Source: Fidelibacterota bacterium
Lineage (GTDB): Bacteria; Fidelibacterota; UBA8477; JABMPR01
NCBI GenBank assembly: GCA_016784545.1
Contig: JADHUM010000007.1
Span: 1,582-65,581, forward strand
DNA: 64,000 nt
Reading direction: 5' to 3'
The notes beneath the pieces are model-generated. The model saw only the letters and a list, made by a program, of their open reading frames with translations. It was not told the origin of the DNA and did no database searches. The translations under genes and the position numbers were made by a program. This document shows, in pieces, positions 32,718 through 44,489 of the stretch (positions are counted from its first letter, which is position 1; every line of letters begins with the position of its first letter).

Positions 32718-33734
32718 ATGAAATTTCCGGGAGACCAGCCTCATCGGCGGCACAATCCGCTTTCAGGAGAATGGGTGGTAGTATCAGCCCACCGTGCAGA
32801 TCGTCCATGGCTTGGTCAGCTTGAGGCAATTCAGATAGAATCATTAACCTCTCATGATCCTGAGTGCTATCTCTGTCCAGGAGGAAGTAGAGCCAAAGGT
32901 GATAAGAACCCTGACTATCAGGGAACCTTCGTCTTCACCAATGATTTTCCGGCATTGCTTGACGAGAACCATACCTCATCAGATATCGGTGATGACCTTT
33001 TTCACTGGAAGACAGCCAGCGGAACGACACGAGTTATCTGCTATTCACCCCGACACGATCAGACACTTGCTGAATTATCCCTGAGTGAAATCGAAACAAT
33101 CATAGAAACTTGGAGGGATCAAGAGAAAGATCTTATGCGCAAATATGGCTATGTGCAGATATTTGAGAATAAAGGCAAAATGATGGGTGCTTCAAATCCT
33201 CACCCTCATGGTCAGATCTGGGCCGGAGATTTCGTACCGTCAAAAATTGAAAGCGAAGATGCAAACCAAAAGGCGTATTTTGAAACTCACGGGCGTCCCT
33301 TATTATTGGATTATGTTGAAAAGGAATGTGCTGGGGGTGAGCGAATAGTCTATCAAAACAAATCCTGGGTCTCATTGGTTCCGTTTTGGGCTACCTGGCC
33401 CTTTGAAACGATAATTATTCCCAGAATGAATCTGACTCAGATGAATGGGATGAATTCAGATCAAATCTGTGATCTAGCTGACATCCTCAAGGTATTGTTA
33501 AAGAAGTATGATCTGCTTTTTAACATCTCCTTTCCATATAGTATGGGTTGGCATATAGCACCAAATACGGGAGGGGACAATGACCACTGGACGATGCACG
33601 CCCATATTTATCCACCCCTGCTTAGATCCGCAACAATCAAGAAATTTATGGTCGGATACGAGATGCTTGCTGAATCACAAAGAGATATTACTCCAGAAAT
33701 GGCTGCTAAACATCTAGTAGAAATATCAGAATAA
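32718..33734 (+). CDS. galT: Galactose-1-phosphate uridylyltransferase.
   Basis: CYLCPGGSRA (Zn site), the HPHGQIWA active-site HPH motif, and the FENKG segment. Confidence 0.85.
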   Translation: MKFPGDQPHRRHNPLSGEWVVVSAHRADRPWLGQLEAIQIESLTSHDPECYLCPGGSRAKGDKNPDYQGTFVFTNDFPALLDENHTSSDIGDDLFHWKTASGTTRVICYSPRHDQTLAELSLSEIETIIETWRDQEKDLMRKYGYVQIFENKGKMMGASNPHPHGQIWAGDFVPSKIESEDANQKAYFETHGRPLLLDYVEKECAGGERIVYQNKSWVSLVPFWATWPFETIIIPRMNLTQMNGMNSDQICDLADILKVLLKKYDLLFNISFPYSMGWHIAPNTGGDNDHWTMHAHIYPPLLRSATIKKFMVGYEMLAESQRDITPEMAAKHLVEISE

Positions 33735-33758
33735 AGTCTAATAAAATTGGAGTTTTAG

Positions 33759-35054
33759 ATGTCGATGTGGTCAATAGATAAATTGAATAAACAGATTCGA
33801 GAATCTGGCCAATTGGACTTATTCAAGGACTTGTATGGAGGGGGAGAAGACTATCAACTCGCCTTAAATAGAATCTCAGAGTTAATAGAAGGAGCAGATT
33901 TTGAGGCAACTCATCTATTTAGCGCGCCGGGTCGAACTGAATTAGGAGGCAATCATACTGACCACAATCTTGGCAAGGTTATTTGTGCAGCAGTAAGAAA
34001 TGATGCTCTAGCGGCCGTAGCAAAGAGATCAGATGGAAGAATAGTTGTCCGCTCGAAGGGCTTTGATGAAATATTTACTGTTGAAGTTTCAGATCTAAAT
34101 ATAAGACCTTCTGAAAAAGGAAAAACAAGTTCGCTCATTCGAGGGGTGATTGCAGGTATTGTGGAATCTGGGGGAGAGTGTGGTGGCTTCTCTGCAGAAA
34201 TAACCAGTGATGTTGGCATGGGGTCGGGACTTTCTTCCTCAGCAAGTTTTGAAGTTCTCATCGGCACGATAGTCAATCATCTCTATAACCAGAGTGGATT
34301 ATCTGCTGGTAAGATTGCCCAAATAGCACAATGTGCAGAAAATCAATATTTTGGCAAGCCCTGTGGATTGATGGATCAGATGGCATCAGCTGTTGGTGGG
34401 ATAATGGCAATTGATTTTAAGGATCCCAATCATTTAGATATTCAGAAAATAAGTCATGATTTTAGTGCGGAAAAGTATGTACTCCTTGTGATTAATACAG
34501 GTGGTAATCACGCTGATCTTACTCCAGCCTACGCTTCAATTCCCTTCGAAATGGGAGCAGTAGCAAATCTATTGGAATCTGACGTTTTACGTACTGTTCA
34601 CGAGGCTGACTTCCTAAAAAATATAGTCTCCATCAGAAGCAAGCTGGGGGATAGATCAATCTTGCGCGCCATGCATTTTTACAGTGAGAATAAGCGCGTC
34701 GATCAAATGGTCTCGGCATTGGAAGTAGGAGATTTTGAAGCCTATTTAAAGGCTGTGTGTGCTAGTGGAGCCTCGTCTCAAAATATCCTTCAAAATTCCA
34801 TTCCACCCGGTAGCGATGGTCGAGATCAGGGTCTTACTTACGCCCTGGGTGTCTCTCAGCTATTTATTGAAAAAAATGGTAGGGGGGTTGCTCGCGTGCA
34901 TGGAGGGGGTTTTGCTGGTTCCATCCAGGCATATATTCATAAAGACGACATTGGTGACTACAAGAAACTGATTGGCGATACAATTGGAGTAGGTGCTCTA
35001 CAAGTATTGAGTATCCGACACCATGGCGCTATGCAAATTCTTACCCTTCCATAA
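33759..35054 (+). CDS. galK: Galactokinase (GHMP kinase).
   Basis: APGRTELGGNHTDHN is the galactokinase signature. It also has the GHMP ATP-binding motif GMGSGLSSSASF. Confidence 0.8.
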   Translation: MSMWSIDKLNKQIRESGQLDLFKDLYGGGEDYQLALNRISELIEGADFEATHLFSAPGRTELGGNHTDHNLGKVICAAVRNDALAAVAKRSDGRIVVRSKGFDEIFTVEVSDLNIRPSEKGKTSSLIRGVIAGIVESGGECGGFSAEITSDVGMGSGLSSSASFEVLIGTIVNHLYNQSGLSAGKIAQIAQCAENQYFGKPCGLMDQMASAVGGIMAIDFKDPNHLDIQKISHDFSAEKYVLLVINTGGNHADLTPAYASIPFEMGAVANLLESDVLRTVHEADFLKNIVSIRSKLGDRSILRAMHFYSENKRVDQMVSALEVGDFEAYLKAVCASGASSQNILQNSIPPGSDGRDQGLTYALGVSQLFIEKNGRGVARVHGGGFAGSIQAYIHKDDIGDYKKLIGDTIGVGALQVLSIRHHGAMQILTLP

Positions 35055-35145
35055 AATGGAAATATCCATCATCTAAGTCACGAAACACTCTGTCCAGATA
35101 TAATTTTGGAACAGTTACTCAGGCATAGATACAAGCGGAGAACGC

Positions 35146-36504
35146 ATGCTAAGCATAGATGTATTGTTTGAAAAATTTTCAAGTTTTATGTGGGGTACAC
35201 CTCTGCTGGTGTTGCTCCTTGGTGGTGGACTCTTTTTTACTTTTTACAGTCGGTTTACTCCCTTCCGGTTTTTCCGTCATGCTTTTATGATACTCCTGGG
35301 TAAATATGATTCTGAAGACGATCCGGGTGACATTTCCCACTTTCAAGCACTTTCCAGCGCCCTCGCCGGTACGGTGGGAATGGGTAATATCAGTGGAGTG
35401 GCAATTGCCATTCATACAGGTGGTCCCGGGGCCATTTTTTGGATGTGGCTCAGTGCAATTCTCGGTATGTCTACAAAATTTTTCACCTGCTCTTTAAGTA
35501 TTCTTTATCGCGGAAAAGATGATGAGGGTCGGATTATGGGGGGCCCCATGTACTATATCGAAACTGGCTTAGGTATAAAATTCAAACCTTTGGCAATCTG
35601 GTTTAGCCTTGCCGGCCTTTTTGGATGTCTCGCCCCATTTCAGTCGAACCAATTAACACAGATCATTCGCGATGAGGTATTCAAACAGCAGGGCTTATTT
35701 GTCGGTGATGCTATCATGGGTAATCTTCTTGTAGGAGTGGTAATTTCTGTAATCGTTGCTCTGGTCATATTTGGCGGAATCAAGCGCATTGGCCTGGTCG
35801 CTTCACGGATGGTGCCAGTCATGGTTAGTCTTTATATGTTGGCTGGCATCACTATTCTGGTTAAACATTATACAGAGATACCTGAAATGTTTATGTTCAT
35901 TCTCAAAGACGCCTTCACAGGAGATGCTGTATTAGGTGGTGCCTTAGGTGCAGTCATCATCACCGGCATCCGTCGGGCTGCTTTCTCTAATGAGGCTGGA
36001 ATTGGCACCGAGGCCATGGCTCATGGTGCGGCAAGAACCAAGGAGCCTGTGCGCGAAGGTCTTGTGGCTATGATCGGTCCGTTCATTGATACCATTATTG
36101 TTTGTAGTGTCACCGCCTTCGCAATTCTATTCTCTGGTATGTGGCAGGCTAGTGAAAGCAATGGTGTGACGCTAACTACACAGGCATTTTCACATGAATT
36201 AGGTGAGGTAGGGCGCTACATACTGATAATTTGTGTGATTATCTTCAGCATGTCAACTATGATTGGCTATTCATATTATGGTAGTAAATGTACTTCCTAC
36301 CTTTTTGGTAGTCGATATAAAAAATATTACAGAATATTTTATGTACTTGTTCTTGCATTTGCTTCAATCATTACCCTTGATGTCGCCATCAATTTTATCG
36401 ATGGCATGTATGCACTCATGGCTATTCCCACCATGACGGCTACGCTTCTACTCGCTCCTCGTGTCATGAAGGAAGCAAGGCGCTATTTTGAGTCAATGTC
36501 ATAA
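35146..36504 (+). CDS. Alanine/glycine:cation symporter (AGCS family).
   Basis: 452 aa. The SALAGTVGMGNISGVAIAI and GAIFWMW motifs are typical of the sodium:alanine symporter family. Confidence 0.75.
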   Translation: MLSIDVLFEKFSSFMWGTPLLVLLLGGGLFFTFYSRFTPFRFFRHAFMILLGKYDSEDDPGDISHFQALSSALAGTVGMGNISGVAIAIHTGGPGAIFWMWLSAILGMSTKFFTCSLSILYRGKDDEGRIMGGPMYYIETGLGIKFKPLAIWFSLAGLFGCLAPFQSNQLTQIIRDEVFKQQGLFVGDAIMGNLLVGVVISVIVALVIFGGIKRIGLVASRMVPVMVSLYMLAGITILVKHYTEIPEMFMFILKDAFTGDAVLGGALGAVIITGIRRAAFSNEAGIGTEAMAHGAARTKEPVREGLVAMIGPFIDTIIVCSVTAFAILFSGMWQASESNGVTLTTQAFSHELGEVGRYILIICVIIFSMSTMIGYSYYGSKCTSYLFGSRYKKYYRIFYVLVLAFASIITLDVAINFIDGMYALMAIPTMTATLLLAPRVMKEARRYFESMS

Positions 36505-36571
36505 TATCGAAATTGAGTACACCAACCAAGGGTTCTCACTTCAAAACTGTGCTAAAATAGTGTCAAAGATT

Positions 36572-36676
36572 ATGACATGTGGTGGCGTGATTTGTCTCAA
36601 ATGTCCATCACTTGCAACAAAGTAATTAGAATTATATGATATTCGTATGTAGCTGTGTATCAGAGTATTAGAGGTG
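36572..36676 (-). repeat. Direct-repeat copy C. A conserved box (36572..36600, ATGACATGTGGTGGCGTGATTTGTCTCAA) lies ~75 bp beyond the 3' end of the intact tRNA-Leu.
   Basis: The box is near-identical to the boxes at 802..830 and 10549..10578. All three sit at the same spacing from a tRNA-Leu 3' end or fragment. Confidence 0.6.
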
Positions 36677-36761
36677 TACCCGGGGCCGGAATCGAACCGG
36701 CACGGCTTTTAAGGCCGAGGGATTTTAAGTCCCTTGTGTCTACCAATTCCACCACCCGGGC
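36677..36761 (-). tRNA. tRNA-Leu (anticodon UAA), type II, 85 nt. CCA is not encoded.
   Basis: The reverse complement reads GCCCGGG-TG-GTGGAATTGGTAGACAC-A-AGGGA-CTTAAAA-TCCCT-CGGCCTTAAAAGCCGTG-GCCGG-TTCGATT-CCGGC-CCCGGGT-A. It has a full cloverleaf with a long variable arm and a G1:U72 pair. Confidence 0.85.
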
Positions 36762-36829
36762 CAAAAATTGAATTATAAATTGTAAATGATAAATTCATAA
36801 TTCACAATTCGTAATTCATAATTTCAAAG

Positions 36830-36904
36830 AGGCGTGGGTCGGATTCGAACCGGCGAATGATGGTTTTGCAAACCACTCCCTTAGACCAACTTGGGCACCA
36901 CGCC
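36830..36904 (-). tRNA. tRNA-Cys (anticodon GCA), 75 nt.
   Basis: The reverse complement reads GGCGTGG-TG-CCCAAGTTGGTCTAAGGGA-GTGGT-TTGCAAA-ACCAT-CATTC-GCCGG-TTCGAAT-CCGAC-CCACGCC-T. There is one C:A mismatch in the T stem. Confidence 0.7.
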
Positions 36905-37013
36905 ATCAAAAAAGCCGCGCAATATAGTTTACCAAGAAGCATAGGTCAACTACAGCATACAGAGTGTAAGATAAATCTATTCCATCCCAAAATTGAGTTC
37001 GTTCTCTTCGTTA

Positions 37014-37320
37014 AATTCGTTGCAAAAAAAAGATCCCGCAGTCGCTACCTGCCTTCGCAGAGAAGAATCTAATAGTCCTCTGCCGGTCTCTGTGCACTTT
37101 GCGGTTATAAAACCATTGGCAATGTTTGTACAATTCGTTGTGAAAAAAAGAGATCGCTGCAATCGCTCCACTCTTCCCCAACGAAGCCTCTAAAAATCCT
37201 CTGCGTTCTCTGCGCACTCTGTGGTTAATAAAACCAATCGAAAAGTTCGTCTAATTCGTTGTAAAAAAAAGAGATCGCCGCAGTCGTTACACTCCTTCGC
37301 GAAGACGTGTTAAGTTGTAC
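37014..37320. repeat. About 2.6 tandem copies of a ~120-bp repeat. The units are 37014..37131, 37132..37252 and 37253..~37320.
   Basis: Each unit begins AATTCGTTG(C/T)(A/G)AAAAAAAGAGATCGC(C/T)GCA(G/A)TCGCT. Each contains an internal inverted repeat (GCAGAG...CTCTGC) and ends ...GGTTA(A)TAAAACCA(T/A)T(G/C)G...GTTCGT. Identity between units is roughly 70-80 percent. Confidence 0.7.
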
Positions 37321-37333
37321 TCATTGGTAAAAT

Positions 37334-37360
37334 AAAGGCCGATCAAATGACCGGCCTTTT
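37334..37360 (-). terminator. Rho-independent terminator downstream of groEL, bidirectional in form.
   Basis: AAAGGCCG-atcaaatgac-CGGCCTTT forms the hairpin, with TTTT on the plus side and a T-rich run on the minus side. Confidence 0.65.
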
Positions 37361-37384
37361 GATAGTGCAGTATTACGGGGTGGT

Positions 37385-39127
<1,743 letters not shown>

Positions 39128-39340
39128 AATTATATTCAGGTTACAAGCTGACTCCAAGTAAAAATCAGAGGGAAGGGAATACAAAGTTCCGATGATAAGC
39201 TAAATAATAACAATTATATAATACAATAACTTTCATTTTTCATGACCTGGATATTCATGAAAGCATTTGGAATAATTTCTGATGTGCTGAAGCGACTGAA
39301 ACTTTCAGCCGGCCTGACCATTTTCCAGAAGATTTAAAAG

Positions 39341-39778
39341 CTAGTTCCCAGTGCTGCCAAATCCGCCTGCTCCTCGACTGGTTTCACTCAGGGATTCCAC
39401 TAGCTCAAAGGTGATGGGTGATCCATCCATGGCAACCAATTGGAACAAGCGATCACCTGCAGAAACTTGATAATCCTCGGTTTTGATATTATCAACCATA
39501 CCGATAATTTCACCTCGGTATCCGCCATCTATCAATCCGATTGAATTTGACATCCTTAAAGGGGTCTTGGAGATACTTGAACGGGGCATGAGATAGTAGG
39601 GCTGGCCTGAGGACGTTTCGCAGGATATTTGCAATTTTAGGGGCACTGTTTCTCCAGCTTTGATGACCTGATCTTCCATAATAAACAAATCAAGACCGGC
39701 ATCACCGGCATGGTAGTGTCCATGCTGCTCATAGCGCTCGCGGGATGAGGGGGTATGTGGTTGAATCTTTATATGCAT
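39341..39778 (-). CDS. dut: dUTP diphosphatase.
   Basis: 145 aa with the dUTPase motifs AGDAGLDL, RSSISKT, GLIDGGYRGEI and a C-terminal GGFGSTG. Confidence 0.85.
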   Translation of the reverse strand: MHIKIQPHTPSSRERYEQHGHYHAGDAGLDLFIMEDQVIKAGETVPLKLQISCETSSGQPYYLMPRSSISKTPLRMSNSIGLIDGGYRGEIIGMVDNIKTEDYQVSAGDRLFQLVAMDGSPITFELVESLSETSRGAGGFGSTGN

Positions 39779-39826
39779 TGCAGCTCCTAATTATTTTTTT
39801 GTAATTGTCATAATTAATCAATAGTT

Positions 39827-39952
39827 CGTCATCCCGAGCAGAGTCGAGGGATATTAAATTGTGTTTTCCATATGCAGCATCTCTCGACTCCGCTTGAGAA
39901 GACGTAATCTGGTTTCCGGTGGAATCACCTCTCGACTCCGCTCGAGATGACG
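39827..39952. repeat. Three copies of a ~24-bp element: one inverted (39827..39850) and two direct (39878..39904, 39926..39952).
   Basis: The reverse complement of copy 1, CCCTCGACTCTGCTCGGGATGACG, aligns with CTCTCGACTCCGCTTGAGAAGACG and CTCTCGACTCCGCTCGAGATGACG. Copies 1 and 2 can pair as a long imperfect hairpin. The element lies between the stop of the 994-aa gene and the dut promoter region. Confidence 0.6.
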
Positions 39953-39996
39953 TTCTCAATTACCTCGGGGTTTATCAAATCTAGTGTCACCGTAGA

Positions 39997-42981
39997 TTAA
40001 TGGAAAAGCTTATACCACAAGGAATTTCGACGGCGTTCTTCCTCGATCCAGCGATCTCTCCATTCCAGACCCGGTGTGATTTCGCTAAAACCCAGACTTT
40101 CATATACGGATGCGTGGACGCGTTGACGCCAGTCAAAATAGTTGGGATACTTATAACTACGTTTGGGGTGCACCGCATTGGTGAGGAGAATGACAAACAT
40201 TTGATTGTCAGGATCAATCCAGATAGAGGTTCCCGTAAACCCAGTATGACCAAAACTATTGGCACTTAGATAAACACCGCCTGAGCTGGCTTCATGAGGA
40301 CTATCCCATCCCAAACAGCGGGAGTTCTCTTCATCCAGCATGTTCGCCCGACGTGTGAATAATTCAATGGTTTCTGGTTTAAATATGACGGTATCACCCA
40401 ACGACCCCTTATTCAGCATCATCTGCGCAAACCTGGCCAGATCCATGGCAGTAGAAAAAAGACCGGCATGGCCAGTAATGCCACCCAGGGAATGGGAGTT
40501 TTCATCATGGACAAAACCATGTACCAGCATGCTGTCCAACTCACTTATTTCAGTTGGGACAATACGATCAAGTCTCGCCCGGGGTTGATAGCCAGTTGCC
40601 TTCATAGACAGGGGCTTGAAGATGACACTATCTGTAAAGGTTTTTAAATCAGCTCCGGCTAGCTTCTCAATCACCATCCCAAGGGTAATCAAACCAATAT
40701 CAGAATACCTGTATTTGGTACCTGGAATTGTATCCAGTTCTGATTGAAGCACGCTGTCCACCAGGGCTTCCCGGCTGGGTGCATCCATGCGAAAAAATTT
40801 CTTAAAGGGTTTCATTCCTGCGGTGTGGGTAAGCAGATTTTTCACGGTAATTATCTGTTTTAAAGAATCAATTGTTGAATCGGGCCCTGCAAACTCTGGG
40901 AGATAGGAAACCACTGTTGTGTCCAGGTTGAGTTTCCCTTCCTCATAAAGTTTCATGGCTGCCGAGGTTGTAGCTATCACCTTGGTGACAGATGCCAGAT
41001 CGAAAATATCTCCCCGATAGGTGTGCCGTTCTGAGTCATAAGTGTGTTCACCAAAATATTCATGCATAAATATTTTGCCGTCTTTGGCTGCCAGAAGTAC
41101 GCCACCTGGCCACGCATTTTCCTCAAGAGCCTGATTCACAAAGGGCATTATTTTGCCCGGGTCAGCTCCTATGTCTTCTGGAGCAACATGTTGCAGAATA
41201 GTTGGCTGAAGCCTGGGCTTAACGTGGGTCGTGACGCTGGTAAAGGGGAGCCCAATTCGTGATAAGCCATCCCCCCGTTGTGCTATTCCAGGAATAGTGA
41301 TGGGAAGTTTACCATCAATGTCAGCTTTTCCCAGCGATGCTCTAGCCAGCGCTCGCTGCATTTCTGTTTGATTACTATACGTCACGAGGTAGGTGGGGAT
41401 GTCTGGAAAAGCCCTGATTAAATAGGGTGTCCCAAAACTTGTAACAATCAAATGGGGCGTTTTGCCGGAGAGGGAATCAACGAAGGTACTTTGAATAGGA
41501 GGTAAAAGTACCCGATCCTTGTTCATTTTGGTGCGACTAAAAATGTTGACGATGACATGGGCTGAATCGGGGATGCTCTCCAAAACATAGTCATAGGCGA
41601 AAACATCATCTGAATTGTCCAATATCCAGGATGAAGAGTTAGGCAGCGCTCTTTGTAACTCTATCGAAACAGTTGATTGGTCATGATCATGAGCCCAATC
41701 ACGGATATCGACAATGTAGACGTGTTGGGAATCAGTCAGGTTTACCGGTACTAAATTTTGCTGATCACGCACGAGAGTAACAGCTTTTCTCATTATATCC
41801 TGAGCCACACGCTTGTTATGGGTGGTGCCCAGTCGGGACTGCATGTCATCCAGACTTAAAGTTTTCTTTTTATCCAGACCAAGTTTTTGCTTGAGAGTTA
41901 AAATTCTCATCACAGATTCATCAATCCGACTTTCGCTGATCAATCCATCATTTACGGCTTCCTCAACCCAGTCCACTGAGCCCTTGTAATTTCTATTCTG
42001 TATAATGATATCAGAGCCAGCCTTAATGGTCTGGATTAAGGCATAGCGATCAGGAAAATTTCGGGTAATACCTCCCATGGCCATGGCATCGGTGATGATT
42101 GCTCCCTTAAATCCCTGCTTCAATCTCAAAATATCCTGTAGCCAGTAGGGCGAGAGACTGGATGGGATTCCAGGTTCCAACTGAAATTCACCTGCATCCA
42201 GATGACCCACCATCACCAGATCAACACCAGCATCAATGATGGCTTGAAAAGGTTTGAGCTCCACATTCCATAGACGAGCAGAATCAGAAGGAATTTTGGC
42301 CAGGGATATGTGAGAATCAGTCTGAGTGTCACCATGCCCTGGATAGTGTTTGGCAGTGGCCAGCATACCCTGTGACTGAAGTCCCTGCATAAAACTGATG
42401 GCATAACGTGAAACTTCATCAGGATCCTCACTGAAAGCGCGGGTGTTAATGATGGGATTGTCTGGGTTGTTATTCACATCGACGACTGGAGCCAGTGCGA
42501 GATGTACCCCAAGCGCGCGCCCTTCTTCAGCAGTTATTCGACCTGCTTCAAAAGCCAGGTTTGGATCACCTGTGGCAGCCAGAGCCATGGGCCACGGAAT
42601 TTGTGTCCCAGCTCCAAATCTTTTTTGAAGTCCGTATTCCAGATCTGCCTGAACCATGATGGGCACCATGGATCTGGATTGCATTTGGTTGAGCAGCGTC
42701 AATGCAGAAGCGGTCTCGCCACCCCAGACATGGATGAAGCCAATGCCATCCGTTTCCAGGAGCCCTTCAATTTCCTTCCAACGGGCTGACTCTGCGGGCA
42801 GATAGTCCAGGCTCATGGAATAAACCATCATCTGAGAAATTTTTTGACGCAGGCTTAATTTCTTGAGTGTGGCTCTTACCCAGGGTGACGAATCAACAAG
42901 TTCAGGCTGATGTGTACAGGTGACCAGTAGAAATATCGCCAGGGTTGCTACAGAAAATCTGAATATCCTTGATGTGTTCAT
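39997..42981 (-). CDS. Secreted fusion protein. The N-terminal domain is a GH3 beta-N-acetylhexosaminidase (NagZ-like) and the C-terminal domain is a class-C beta-lactamase/PBP-like serine hydrolase.
   Basis: Signal peptide. The GH3 motifs are KHYPGHGDTQTDSH and a D-catalytic region. The C-terminal half has FDLASVTKVIATT (the S-x-x-K active site) plus a YSN-like and HTGFTG (K/H-T-G) triad, which is typical of the AmpC/esterase fold. Confidence 0.7.
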   Translation of the reverse strand: MNTSRIFRFSVATLAIFLLVTCTHQPELVDSSPWVRATLKKLSLRQKISQMMVYSMSLDYLPAESARWKEIEGLLETDGIGFIHVWGGETASALTLLNQMQSRSMVPIMVQADLEYGLQKRFGAGTQIPWPMALAATGDPNLAFEAGRITAEEGRALGVHLALAPVVDVNNNPDNPIINTRAFSEDPDEVSRYAISFMQGLQSQGMLATAKHYPGHGDTQTDSHISLAKIPSDSARLWNVELKPFQAIIDAGVDLVMVGHLDAGEFQLEPGIPSSLSPYWLQDILRLKQGFKGAIITDAMAMGGITRNFPDRYALIQTIKAGSDIIIQNRNYKGSVDWVEEAVNDGLISESRIDESVMRILTLKQKLGLDKKKTLSLDDMQSRLGTTHNKRVAQDIMRKAVTLVRDQQNLVPVNLTDSQHVYIVDIRDWAHDHDQSTVSIELQRALPNSSSWILDNSDDVFAYDYVLESIPDSAHVIVNIFSRTKMNKDRVLLPPIQSTFVDSLSGKTPHLIVTSFGTPYLIRAFPDIPTYLVTYSNQTEMQRALARASLGKADIDGKLPITIPGIAQRGDGLSRIGLPFTSVTTHVKPRLQPTILQHVAPEDIGADPGKIMPFVNQALEENAWPGGVLLAAKDGKIFMHEYFGEHTYDSERHTYRGDIFDLASVTKVIATTSAAMKLYEEGKLNLDTTVVSYLPEFAGPDSTIDSLKQIITVKNLLTHTAGMKPFKKFFRMDAPSREALVDSVLQSELDTIPGTKYRYSDIGLITLGMVIEKLAGADLKTFTDSVIFKPLSMKATGYQPRARLDRIVPTEISELDSMLVHGFVHDENSHSLGGITGHAGLFSTAMDLARFAQMMLNKGSLGDTVIFKPETIELFTRRANMLDEENSRCLGWDSPHEASSGGVYLSANSFGHTGFTGTSIWIDPDNQMFVILLTNAVHPKRSYKYPNYFDWRQRVHASVYESLGFSEITPGLEWRDRWIEEERRRNSLWYKLFH

Positions 42982-43000
42982 GAGGAGCTCTTGATAATTC

Positions 43001-44218
43001 TTAAAAATGAATAAAGGGTGTGTGATCTGCAGCCAGATCTTGAATCAGGTTAATCTCAGTCTCAGAGAGGGTTAAGCTCCTTCGCTTCATCATGAGCTCG
43101 GCTGTTTGAATTGCCTTTTCCAACTCATGGGTCCCATTTCCCCATGAAAAAGAGGGAATAGCCCGGGGTGGAAAATCAGCCTGAAAGACATTGCAAAAGG
43201 GGCCAATCAGAGTCCCTGTGTTCAAGCGAATCCCGATGGCAGTTTTTGTATGATCGCCTATAATGGATCCAAGGAATTGACGACCACTTTCGTAATTGTT
43301 TCCATCCCATGACACGCGAATCTTCTGATAATTATTCTTCATGTTACTGGTGCTGGTTCCTGCCCCCAGATTGATCCAGGAGCCCAGAATGGAATCCCCA
43401 AGAAAACCATCATGGCTCTTGTTTGAATAGGGATGAATGATACAACCCTTGATTTCACCCCCCAGATTACAGATTTTTCCGACCACAGAATGCCGGATAG
43501 AGGTAGAGGGTTTGAGAGAACTTCGCTTACCCAGATAAACGGGACCCACGATGGAAGTGAAAGGACTAATTTTGGCATCCTCATCGATGACAATGGGTCC
43601 ATTGCTGGCATCCAGGTGAACAAATTTACTAATCTGAGCTGTATTATGGATGAAAATATTGCGTTCCGTCAGGGTTGAAAGATCTGAAGGGAGTTTTGTC
43701 AGGATATTATTTTCTTCCTTCCACAGCTGCGCATCGAATTCCAGGGCTGAATCAATTATATCAAGGTATTCCCAGATCCACAAGGGTTGCTTATTACATA
43801 TTTCTGCATCACATTCAATTTTTGGCAATCTGTCAAGTGTCTTGTGAAAATCTGCTGAGAACTTTATTCCCGAACCTGGTCGGGCAGCCACAATTTGGCC
43901 ATCTATGACAACTGCTGCTTTATTGGATTCTTTTAAAATATTGAGTGCCGAGGGATACATCCAGGCTGGTGTTGCAGCATTAAGAAAGATGGCATCCTGG
44001 TCAGCATGCTTATTTATAGGTGTTTCAGGATACTTTTCAGCATGTTCCTTAGCCAGAATGGGACGAACCCACAATTCCACGGAGTTTTCGGGAAGAATTC
44101 GTTGAGCTCTCTCAAGATTGGAAAAGATGCCATAACGTAGCTCAGCAACGGATCTGAGGAGTGAAATGGGGGCGAAGGGGGAGAGATTCGCAGGTTCAAA
44201 TAGTATGTGTGAGCTCAT
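43001..44218 (-). CDS. GlmU-like protein: a sugar-nucleotidyltransferase-like N-terminal region with a C-terminal left-handed beta-helix (hexapeptide repeats).
   Basis: 405 aa. Hexapeptide-repeat segments include IGDHTKTAIGIRLNTGTLIGPFCNVF and GKICNLGGEIKGCIIH. The N-terminus is NTP-transferase-like (ILFEP...). Confidence 0.45.
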   Translation of the reverse strand: MSSHILFEPANLSPFAPISLLRSVAELRYGIFSNLERAQRILPENSVELWVRPILAKEHAEKYPETPINKHADQDAIFLNAATPAWMYPSALNILKESNKAAVVIDGQIVAARPGSGIKFSADFHKTLDRLPKIECDAEICNKQPLWIWEYLDIIDSALEFDAQLWKEENNILTKLPSDLSTLTERNIFIHNTAQISKFVHLDASNGPIVIDEDAKISPFTSIVGPVYLGKRSSLKPSTSIRHSVVGKICNLGGEIKGCIIHPYSNKSHDGFLGDSILGSWINLGAGTSTSNMKNNYQKIRVSWDGNNYESGRQFLGSIIGDHTKTAIGIRLNTGTLIGPFCNVFQADFPPRAIPSFSWGNGTHELEKAIQTAELMMKRRSLTLSETEINLIQDLAADHTPFIHF

Positions 44219-44489
44219 GATTTTATCCTGTTTTAATTGTAAGCAGCGACCATGTTTGTGATAATCACCTATGCACTTGCCCCATTGTTCAGATCAGGCA
44301 ACGCCGGGATTTAGCATTTTTTGACAGTCACTTGAATCTAAGCATGCCCTCAGTTGAATCAATACACAAAGCGATAGCATTAGTATGTAAAAAAGACTAA
44401 CTTACTGGCCTGGGAATAGTAACTGAAACTTAGATCGTAAAGTAGGACTCAACAAACTCAAGCATTCATCATGGGATGGGAAGGTTTGG

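Noticed and set aside
36857-37217. Four overlapping 64-71-aa ORFs on both strands (36857..37072, 36977..37171, 36993..37193, 37011..37217).
   Set aside because: They lie entirely within the ~120-bp tandem repeat array. They are mutually overlapping, repeat-derived and low-complexity, so they are artefacts of the repeats rather than genes.
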